32,000 bases of DNA, taken from assembly GCA_937868725.1 (NCBI GenBank), contig CALMMQ010000091.1, positions 5,663-37,662 of the forward strand, written 5' to 3'. The DNA comes from an uncultured Pleomorphomonas sp. (GTDB taxonomy: Bacteria > Pseudomonadota > Alphaproteobacteria > Rhizobiales > Pleomorphomonadaceae). Numbering within the stretch: the stretch's first letter is position 1; each line of letters opens with the position of its first letter. This document shows positions 17,522 to 24,164 of this stretch, piece after piece. Made by a program: the position numbers and the translations under genes. A model generated the notes under the pieces. The model saw only the letters and a list, made by a program, of their open reading frames with translations. It was not told where the DNA came from and ran no database searches.

Positions 17522-17931
17522 CCTGCAGTGAAGGTCAGCGCGCCGGCCGATTCCAGCGCGATCTCGTAGGTCACTTCGCCGTCGTGCTGGCCGGCGTAGT
17601 CGAGGGCGGTCAGCTGGAAGGGGCCGGCGATGGTGCCGAAGTCGGGGATCACCACTTGCCAGGTGCGAAGCAGGCCGCCGAAGAAGATCGAGCGCACCGT
17701 CTCGTCGGCAGCCGCGTCCTTGAACAGACCGGTGCCGGACAGCGCCGCCTTGCGCGCGCCCGCCCCTTCCAGCAGTTCGCGCCAGCGGCCGGGACTGTCG
17801 GCGTCGGTCACGTCGACAGTCCCGGCGGAAAACGAAATCTTGCGCGTGCGCATGCCGGCCACGGTCGAGAACGAGCCTGCACCCGTCGCGTCGACCTTGA
17901 GCAGCAAGGCCCGCCCAGCTTGAGCTGCCAT
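17518..17931 (-). CDS. GTA g9 homologue: major tail tube protein, TP901-1 family (137 aa)
   Basis: GRALLLKVDATGAGSFSTVAGMRTRKISFSAGTVDVTDADSPGRWRELL...GEVTYEIALESAG is typical of this family. ATGA overlap with g10. Confidence 0.88.
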   Translation of the reverse strand: MAAQAGRALLLKVDATGAGSFSTVAGMRTRKISFSAGTVDVTDADSPGRWRELLEGAGARKAALSGTGLFKDAAADETVRSIFFGGLLRTWQVVIPDFGTIAGPFQLTALDYAGQHDGEVTYEIALESAGALTFTAG

Positions 17932-17973
17932 GTCTTTCTCCTGTCGTTATTTGTCAGCTTCTTTTTGAGCCGG

Positions 17974-18387
17974 TCAGCCATCGACCAGAGCGTTCAGCAC
18001 CACGGTGGCCCGCCAGCCCTTGCCATCGCGGCTGCGCTCGAGGCGCGTCTCGCCGCCCTTGAGCAGTACCATCGCCCCGACGGTGAGCGTCAGGTCGGCA
18101 CCGAGCGCCCGTTCGAGCGCGGCGTCGACTATGGCCAGCGCCCGGGCTCGATCGCCGTCGTCGGTCACCGCTTCCAGCGTCAGCGCCACGGCGGCGCCGT
18201 CGCCGTCGCCGCTGGAAAAGTCGCCGCAGCGGGCCTCGGCGAAGGCAAGGTAGGGCAGCACGGGCCCGCGCGGACTGCCGCCATGGATGCGACCGCGCAC
18301 CAGGGCGCAGAGCGGCGCATCGGCGACGAAAGTCGCCAGCAGCGCCGTTTCAAGGGCCAGCAGGATGGAGGAGCGGCGGGCACTCAT
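17974..18387 (-). CDS. GTA g8 homologue: DUF3168 tail terminator protein (137 aa)
   Basis: ALETALLATFVADAPLCALVRGRIHGGSPRGPVLPYLAFAEA...LTLEAVTDDGDRARALAIVDAAL fits DUF3168. The ATG at 18387 forms an ATGA overlap with the g6 stop; an alternative ATG lies at 18414. Confidence 0.8.
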   Translation of the reverse strand: MSARRSSILLALETALLATFVADAPLCALVRGRIHGGSPRGPVLPYLAFAEARCGDFSSGDGDGAAVALTLEAVTDDGDRARALAIVDAALERALGADLTLTVGAMVLLKGGETRLERSRDGKGWRATVVLNALVDG

Positions 18388-18965
18388 GTCATCAGCCTCA
18401 GCCGGCGATGACATGCGGTGAGACGTTCGACATCGGCGGGCACGTCGGAAGGATTGATGGCGTTGCCACGCGCCGCGTACCAGTGCGCCGCCAGCAGGCG
18501 GACGGCCTGGACGAGGTCGGCCGGCACGACGTCGGCGCTGGTCCCGAAGCCGCAGGCGACGTTGATGTCGATGCCGTTGAGGCGACGGCCCGGGATCGGC
18601 CGGCCGCCATGGAACAGCAGCCGCGCCGGTTCGCCGACCAGATCGAGCGTGTAGGTGGCGGCCGGCCAGATGGTGCCGACGCCGATGGCGTCATAGACGG
18701 TCACCGAGGTCACCGTCTGTACCGGACCGAGCGGCAGGTTCATCAGGCCGCCGGGCGGAACGGCATCGACGGTGATCTTCCAGCTCTGCGTCAGCAGCAG
18801 CTGGCCGCTCAGCCGCTCGACGGTGGTTCGAGCCGCGACGATGAAGCTCGTCAGCAGCTCGTCCTGCTCGTCGCCGTCGATATCGAGGTGCGCCTTGAGT
18901 TCGGCGAGCGTCAACGGTTCGCTCACCGGCGCGGACATCATGCGGAAAGACATGGCAGCATCCAT
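18384..18965 (-). CDS. GTA g6 homologue: head-tail connector/adaptor, phiE125 gp8 (TIGR02215)-like (184-193 aa; start uncertain)
   Basis: C-terminal part of ORF 18384..19517. SEPLTLAELKAHLDIDGDEQDELLTSFIVAARTTVERLSGQLLLTQSW is the gp6-like connector signature. Candidate ATGs at 18965, 18953, 18941 and 18938. Confidence 0.8.
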   Translation of the reverse strand: MDAAMSFRMMSAPVSEPLTLAELKAHLDIDGDEQDELLTSFIVAARTTVERLSGQLLLTQSWKITVDAVPPGGLMNLPLGPVQTVTSVTVYDAIGVGTIWPAATYTLDLVGEPARLLFHGGRPIPGRRLNGIDINVACGFGTSADVVPADLVQAVRLLAAHWYAARGNAINPSDVPADVERLTACHRRLRLMT

Positions 18966-18983
18966 GATCGGCGGCACGCCGCC

Positions 18984-19024
18984 GGAAAAGGGGGCGGCGC
19001 CGGCGGGAGGAACACCGGCGCCGC
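18984..19024 (-). terminator. Terminator-like GC-rich hairpin between capsid (g5) and g6
   Basis: Minus strand: gcggcgccgg-(11 nt loop)-ccggcgccgc, a perfect 10-bp stem, followed by cccccttttcc. It starts 28 nt after the capsid stop. The U-tract is short (4 U). Confidence 0.45.
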
Positions 19025-19051
19025 TTCGGTCGGCCCTCAGGAGGCGGAGGA

Positions 19052-20323
19052 TCAGGCCGTACCGAACTTCATGAGCTTGATGGCGTCGAAGTCCTGCACG
19101 CCACCGCCCACCCGCTTGGTGGTGTAGAACAGCACGTAGGGCTTGGCCGAATACGGGTCGCGCATGACGCGCGTGCCGATGCGGTCGACGATCAGGTAGC
19201 CGCGCTTGAAGTCGCCAAAGGCGATGGAGAAGCTGTTGGCGGCGACATCGGGCATGTCCTCGGCCTCGACGAGCGGGAAGCCCAGGAGGCTCGCCTGCCC
19301 GCCCGCCACCGCCGGCGGCTGCCAGATGTAGTTGCCGGTGGTGTCCTTGAACTTGCGCACCGCCGCCTGCGTCTTGCGGTTCATGACGAAGGTGCCGTTC
19401 TGGCGATAGCCGGCCTTCAACGTGTAGATGAGGTCGAGCAGGCCGTCGGACGGGTTGGAGGCGGCAAAGCCGGCGGAAACGCCAGTCACCACGTAACCGA
19501 GGCCGCCCCAGGCCCACGACGCCTCAAGGGCGTTGGTGTAGGAGAGAAAGCCTTTCGGCTGGGTGGTGCCGTTGCCGCCGACGAAGGCGGCCCCTTCCTG
19601 CACGGCGAAGGCGAGTTCGATTTCTTCGGCCAGCCAGCTTTCGATGTCGACGGCAGCGTCGTCGAGCAGCGTCTGCGTCGCCGACGGCATGGCATAGAGT
19701 TCCATGGCCGGGAAGGTCAGCTCCGACAGCACCGGCGCCGTCGTCTCGACGCGGCTCGCCGTCTCGGCCGCCCAGCCGACCGTGGTGCCGGTGACGCGAT
19801 ACGGCTTCTTGTAGGTACCGACCGACACCGGCCGGATCGAGGCGATCGAGCGGATGGGCGAGATGGCCATGAGGCGGCGGCCGATCTCGTCCTCGACCGC
19901 CGGGGTCACCACATAGCCGCCGGCCGCGCCGGTGCCGGCCGACATGGCCTTGGCTTCGAGGAGCGCCAGCTTGCCCTCGGCGCCGGTGCGCATGTAGCTG
20001 TCGAAGGCGGCGCGGCGTTCGAGATCGGGCAGCGGCCGCGCCCCCTCGCCCGCCGACAGCGACGGCCGGCTGGCCTTGACGATCAGGCTGTCGAGGCGGT
20101 GCTTCTGCTCGTCGAGGGCGGTGTCGAGACGAGCGAGCTTCTCTTCGGAGAGCACATCGGCCGCGTGGCGCTCGATATCGGCAAGACGCCGATCGTTCGT
20201 TTCCTTGAACACCTCAAAGGCGTTCATGAACTCGGAAAAGGCGACGGCAATGTCGCCGGTGCCCTTGGTCTCGGGCAGTACGGCGCTCTTGGTTTCATTG
20301 GCAGAGGCAACAGGACTGGTCAT
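19052..20323 (-). CDS. GTA g5 homologue: HK97-family major capsid protein (423 aa)
   Basis: Start MTSPVASANETK (ATG at 20323, preceded by AAGAAGGAAGAA) within ORF 19052..20563. N-terminal coiled-coil delta-like region, then ...GGYVVTPAVEDEI...ELYAMPSATQTLLDDA...FGDFKRGYLIVDRIG, typical of HK97 capsids. Confidence 0.93.
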   Translation of the reverse strand: MTSPVASANETKSAVLPETKGTGDIAVAFSEFMNAFEVFKETNDRRLADIERHAADVLSEEKLARLDTALDEQKHRLDSLIVKASRPSLSAGEGARPLPDLERRAAFDSYMRTGAEGKLALLEAKAMSAGTGAAGGYVVTPAVEDEIGRRLMAISPIRSIASIRPVSVGTYKKPYRVTGTTVGWAAETASRVETTAPVLSELTFPAMELYAMPSATQTLLDDAAVDIESWLAEEIELAFAVQEGAAFVGGNGTTQPKGFLSYTNALEASWAWGGLGYVVTGVSAGFAASNPSDGLLDLIYTLKAGYRQNGTFVMNRKTQAAVRKFKDTTGNYIWQPPAVAGGQASLLGFPLVEAEDMPDVAANSFSIAFGDFKRGYLIVDRIGTRVMRDPYSAKPYVLFYTTKRVGGGVQDFDAIKLMKFGTA

Positions 20324-20429
20324 CAGTTCTTCCTTCTTGGGCTCGGGGCAGAACGGGATCGCGCCAGGGCGCGGGGAAGCGACCACCGACCTCGGTGGCC
20401 GGCGGTTCGGACAGGCACGGTGCGTCCGC

Positions 20430-21002
20430 TCAGACGGCGGGACGATGATCGCGATCGGGAAGCGGCATCGGCCGGCGGCGATCGGGCAGGCGCAGCGATC
20501 GCCCGAGCCGGCGCAGCCGGTCGGCGATGCCGGCCGACTTGACGCCATCGCCGACACTGGCAATGCGCGCCCCCGGCAGCATGGGAAAGGTCACCAGCGA
20601 GATCTCCCAGAGGTCGACCTCGGCGAGGCGGCGGGTGCCGGTCTTGGCGTCGGTGCGGGCGCGTACGGTGCGGAAGCCGATGGAAAGGCCGTCGAGAATG
20701 CCGGCCTCGACGAGGCTCCAGACGTCGCGCGCCTTAGCAACCTCCAGATGCAGCTGCCCGGTGACGCGGAGCCCCTTGCCGTCCTCCTCGATCTGCAACC
20801 AACGGCCGAGCGGCTCGGCCGGATCGTGCTGGTACAGCATCTTGATGCCGTCGGCGCCGCGCCGGGCGACCGAGGTGCGGAAGGCACCGGCGAGCAGCAT
20901 GTCGCCGGAGAGGTCGGCGACATTGAACAGGCTGGCGTAGCCGCTGAACAGGCCCGCCGGTCCAGCGTTGGCGAGGACGGTCAGGCCGGCCGCCGCGCTC
21001 AT
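20430..21002 (-). CDS. GTA g4 homologue: HK97-family prohead protease (190 aa)
   Basis: Start MSAAAGLTVL (ATG at 21002). FSGYASLFNVADLSGDMLLAGAF...KMLYQHDPAEPLGRW...LSIGFRTVRA...EVDLWEISLVTFPMLPGA. Confidence 0.9.
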   Translation of the reverse strand: MSAAAGLTVLANAGPAGLFSGYASLFNVADLSGDMLLAGAFRTSVARRGADGIKMLYQHDPAEPLGRWLQIEEDGKGLRVTGQLHLEVAKARDVWSLVEAGILDGLSIGFRTVRARTDAKTGTRRLAEVDLWEISLVTFPMLPGARIASVGDGVKSAGIADRLRRLGRSLRLPDRRRPMPLPDRDHRPAV

Positions 21003-21196
21003 GGTCGTCGCCCCTTCTGACGCGCTCGCGCCGCCAGGCCGGAGGAGGCGGACGCCCGGCCGGGGCGGCCGGCGCAGGAGCGCTCGACCGAGCGGCCGAA
21101 CTCCTGGAACACCGACAGCGGGTCGGCGCGGCCGGCGCGTGGCGTGCCACTCAGGCGATGGATGAGATTGGACAAAAGGCGAGTCTCCTTCTGCAT
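20999..21196 (-). CDS. Small hypothetical ORF (65 aa) directly upstream of, and ATGA-coupled to, the protease gene
   Basis: ATG preceded by AAGGAGcagcaa (strong RBS, 6-nt spacing). Third-codon positions are mostly G/C, as expected for coding here. ATGA overlap with the g4 start. No family recognised; the Arg/Ala-rich C-terminus lowers confidence. Confidence 0.4.
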   Translation of the reverse strand: MQKETRLLSNLIHRLSGTPRAGRADPLSVFQEFGRSVERSCAGRPGRASASSGLAARARQKGRRP

Positions 21197-21540
21197 TTGC
21201 TGCTCCTTGTGGCATCAACGAATCCGTTATCGCCGGCAGCCGCGAGGACCGGCTCCATTCCGGCCGCCGGCGCGGCCGTGGCGCTGGCACACAGATTCAA
21301 GGCGTTCACACGGCCACGCCGCATCGCTCCAGCGCCGGGTCGGCAGCCGGTTGGGAAACAGATTCAAGTTGCTCGGAAAATGATTCAGCGGCGGGCAGAA
21401 TCCGATGTCCGATGAATCACTTGGGGCCGGTTGTTGATGTGGGATCGTCGCTGTTCAGACGTTGATTCAAGTGCGAGATTTCGCTGACGAAGGCGTCGAA
21501 GCGGCGCACTTGTGCCAGGAGTTCCTTGAGAACCAGAATC
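21181..21540. promoter_or_regulatory. Cluster of nine GANTC (CcrM-type) sites with an exact repeated 11-mer, in and around the portal-protease spacer
   Basis: GANTC at 21181, 21220, 21294, 21361, 21382, 21398, 21414, 21464 and 21536. ACAGATTCAAG occurs at 21291-21301 and 21358-21368 (67 bp apart). GATTCAAG occurs again at 21464-21471. Confidence 0.4.
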
Positions 21541-21629
21541 AACAGGCCACTGGCGCCGCTCGCCCAGAGAAACAGGGCCAGGTGGGCAAGATCGCCACGT
21601 TCGACGAAGACATTGGCAAGGTCGATCAT
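21417..21629 (-). CDS. Small membrane protein (70 aa) at the g3.5 position of GTA clusters
   Basis: MIDLANVFVERGDLAHLALFLWASGASGLLILVLKELL... with one predicted TM helix. The ATG overlaps the portal stop (ATGA at 21626-21629). A GGAGA sits about 9 nt upstream. Confidence 0.5.
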   Translation of the reverse strand: MIDLANVFVERGDLAHLALFLWASGASGLLILVLKELLAQVRRFDAFVSEISHLNQRLNSDDPTSTTGPK

Positions 21630-22828
21630 GACGCCGCATCTCCGGTCGTCGCACCGGCTGCTGCCTCCGGGCCGTAGCCGACGGCGGCCCGCTTTTCGTC
21701 GCGGCTCAGGAAGTCCACCGCCGCCACCCGTGCCCAGATGGCATCGCGTTCGGCCTGCAGCGAGGGCACCTGATCGAGGTCGAGTTCCACCCGGAGATCG
21801 TCGCCGAAGGCTGGCAGCAGCCAGCCGCCGATGGCGTCGGCGATCTTGCGGGCGAGCGGCAGAATGGTCTGGCGCCACAGCGCCCGGTTCGCCTCCTGAT
21901 AGTTGGCGTAGGTGGCGTCCCCGGGGATGCCGAGCAGCATCGGCGGCACACCAAAAACGAGTGCGATCTCGCGCGCGGCCATGTTGCGGGCTTCGACGAA
22001 GTCCATCTCCTTGGGGCTGAGGGCCATCGACTTCCAGTCGAGTCCCCCTTCCAGTACCAGCGGCCGGCCAGCGTTCTCCGCTCCCTGGTAGCCGCGCTCG
22101 AGCTCATCCTTCAGCCGGTCGAACTGGTCTTCCGAGAGACCGTGCGGACCGGTGTAGACCAGAGCGCCGGACGGGCGGGCAGCGTTGTCGAGCAGCGCCT
22201 TGTTCCAGGTGGCGGCGGCGTTGTGGATGTCGAGGCTGGTCAGCGAGGCGGCCACCGGCGCCAGACCGTAGTGATCGTCGAGCGGGTGAAAGCTCTTGAG
22301 ATGCAGGATGGGCGCGATGCCGTCCGGCGCCTCGGCCGGCAGGCGCAAGGTCCGGCCATCGACAGTGTAGTCGTACCCGGTCGGCCAGCCGTCGGGACCG
22401 ATGACGACACGCAGGCGGTCGGGCCGCAGGACGTGCAGTTCGCGCGGCCGGCCGCCGGCAGTCACCACCTCGAGAAAGGCGTTGCCAGCCACCAGAAGAT
22501 GGCTCGCCACCGTCTCGACCAGCGACGCCAGGCCGTCACGCGAGTTGGGGCGACGGATGAGGTCGAGGAAGGCATGGTGATCAATATCCTGAACACCGGC
22601 CTTGAGAACCCAGGGCACCTGTCCAGCCGCTTCCGCCACCATGCGCACAGCGCGGAAGACGATGGGGTTGCCCATGTAGCCGGCCCGCGCCAGTTCGCCA
22701 TAGCTGCTGCCGGACCACACGGCCCGGCTGGAGGCGAAGGCCAGCATTGCGCCGGACCGCCCTCCCTTCGCCTCGCGCTTGTCGGGCGCCGGGCGGCGAC
22801 GCGGCCAGCTCAGCCATCCTGCACTCAT
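21626..22828 (-). CDS. GTA g3 homologue: HK97-family portal protein (400 aa)
   Basis: Start MSAGWLSWPRRR (ATG at 22828, RBS AAGGAAAGG). ...NPIVFRAVRMVAEAAGQVPW...LLVAGNAFLEVV...DHYGLAPVAA...NARPSGALVY... is typical of this portal family. Confidence 0.92.
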   Translation of the reverse strand: MSAGWLSWPRRRPAPDKREAKGGRSGAMLAFASSRAVWSGSSYGELARAGYMGNPIVFRAVRMVAEAAGQVPWVLKAGVQDIDHHAFLDLIRRPNSRDGLASLVETVASHLLVAGNAFLEVVTAGGRPRELHVLRPDRLRVVIGPDGWPTGYDYTVDGRTLRLPAEAPDGIAPILHLKSFHPLDDHYGLAPVAASLTSLDIHNAAATWNKALLDNAARPSGALVYTGPHGLSEDQFDRLKDELERGYQGAENAGRPLVLEGGLDWKSMALSPKEMDFVEARNMAAREIALVFGVPPMLLGIPGDATYANYQEANRALWRQTILPLARKIADAIGGWLLPAFGDDLRVELDLDQVPSLQAERDAIWARVAAVDFLSRDEKRAAVGYGPEAAAGATTGDAAS

Positions 22829-22844
22829 GGCCTTTCCTTTCATC

Positions 22845-22873
22845 AGTCTAGAACTGGAACAAAACAGGATCAA
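22845..22873 (-). promoter_or_regulatory. Candidate sigma-70-like promoter for portal and downstream GTA genes
   Basis: Minus strand TTGATC-N17-TAGACT (-35 at 22868-22873, -10 at 22845-22850), about 17 nt upstream of the portal ATG. Pattern match only. Confidence 0.3.
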
Positions 22874-22948
22874 TCGACTGGACGGGTGCCGCTGCCGCTG
22901 GCATGATCGGACGCCAGAGAATCCCGAAGATCCTGCAACGGTTGGTCC

Positions 22949-23665
22949 ATGTCCCGCGCCGAACGTCTTCTCATGCTCGTCCAGGCCCTGCGCCGCCGCC
23001 GCCGTCCGGTTGCCGGCGCCGTGCTGGCCGATGAGCTTTGCGTGTCGTTGCGCACGCTCTATCGCGACATCCAGGCCCTGATCGGCCAGGGTGCGCCGAT
23101 CGAGGGCGAGGCCGGTGTCGGCTACGTGCTGAAGCCGGGCTTCATGCTGCCGCCACTGATGTTCACCGAAGATGAAATCGAGGCGCTGGTGTTCGGCACG
23201 CGCCTTGCCGCTACGCGCGCCGACGAACGGCTGGCCTCGGCAGCGGAGAATGCGCTCGCCAAGATCGCCGCCGTACTACCGCCCGACCTCGCCGACCGCA
23301 TGGAGACCACCGGCCTCATCGTGGCGCCACCGTGGAACGCCCGGCCGGACGCCGTCGATCTCGGCCTCGTCCGCACCGCCATCCGCAACGAAACGCGGCT
23401 GCAGTTCTCCTACGTCAACGAAAAGGGCATCGCCACGCGGCGCGTCGTCTGGCCGATTGCCGTCGCCTTCTTCGAACGGGCGCGTGTACTCACGGCCTGG
23501 TGCGAGCTCCGGCAGGACTTCCGCCACTTCCGCCTCGACCGCATGGCCGAAGCCGTCGACCTCGGCGTGCGCTATCCGCGCCGCCGGCGCCAGCTGATGA
23601 AGGAGTGGCGCGAACTCGAGCCGGCGGTGCCGTCCGGCGAGATCGCCGCACCGAAGCCGGCCTGA
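22949..23665 (+). CDS. YafY-family transcriptional regulator: N-terminal HTH plus WYL domain (238 aa)
   Basis: MSRAERLLMLVQALRRRRRPVAGAVLADELCVSLRTLYRDIQALIGQGAPIEGEAGVGYVLKPGFMLPPLMFTEDEIEAL is the canonical HTH_11/YafY N-terminus. Then RLQFSYVNEKGIATRRVVWPIAVAFFERARVLTAWCELRQDFRHFRLDRM is WYL-like. Confidence 0.88.
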   Translation: MSRAERLLMLVQALRRRRRPVAGAVLADELCVSLRTLYRDIQALIGQGAPIEGEAGVGYVLKPGFMLPPLMFTEDEIEALVFGTRLAATRADERLASAAENALAKIAAVLPPDLADRMETTGLIVAPPWNARPDAVDLGLVRTAIRNETRLQFSYVNEKGIATRRVVWPIAVAFFERARVLTAWCELRQDFRHFRLDRMAEAVDLGVRYPRRRRQLMKEWRELEPAVPSGEIAAPKPA

Positions 23666-23744
23666 AGCGCCGTTGCTGCTGACAGGCCGTTGCGATCGCC
23701 GCTGCTAAGCTGGCGGTCTCTCCAACCGGTGAGCCAATCCCGCC

Positions 23745-24137
23745 ATGTCCTCCATGACCGCACAACACCCCGTCATCGCCCTCGAACAGGCCGCCCTCGC
23801 CCGCTGGTGCCGCGGCGATCCGTCCGGCTTCCTCGAACTCTCGGCCGCCGATGTCAGCTATTTCGATCCGTTCCAACCCAGACGCCTCGACGGCATCGCC
23901 GAACTGGCGGCGCTCTACGCCACGCTGCGCGGCCAGATCAGCGCCCCGCATTACGAGATGATCGACCCGCGCGTCACCCTTTGCGGCAACGCCGCCGTGC
24001 TGTCCTTCCGTTTCAACTCGTGGGGCGACGACCCCGCCGCCGCCATGCGCTGGAACTGCACCGAGGTCTATCGCTACGATGACGACGGCTGGCGCATCGT
24101 CCAGACCCATTGGTCGCTCACGGGGGCTGGCTGCTAG
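23745..24137 (+). CDS. NTF2-like / SnoaL-DUF4440 family small protein (130 aa)
   Basis: ...LEQAALARWCRGDPSGFLELSAADVSYFDP... and the C-terminus NCTEVYRYDDDGWRIVQTHWS fit the NTF2-fold (DUF4440) pattern. Co-oriented 79 nt downstream of the WYL regulator. Confidence 0.7.
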   Translation: MSSMTAQHPVIALEQAALARWCRGDPSGFLELSAADVSYFDPFQPRRLDGIAELAALYATLRGQISAPHYEMIDPRVTLCGNAAVLSFRFNSWGDDPAAAMRWNCTEVYRYDDDGWRIVQTHWSLTGAGC

Positions 24138-24164
24138 CTTGCTGTCATATTTTGTCAGCAATAG

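Noticed and set aside
18966-19517. N-terminal extension of the g6 ORF (18384..19517) overlapping the capsid gene
   Set aside because: The extension is an off-frame read of the capsid 3' end (Arg/Gly/His-rich). The gp6-like signature begins near 18940-18965.
22829-24164. The WYL/NTF2 cassette as a mobile element or integrated island
   Set aside because: I could find no flanking direct or inverted repeats, no integrase or transposase, and no obvious GC shift. It is treated as a resident insertion or rearrangement, not a mobile element.
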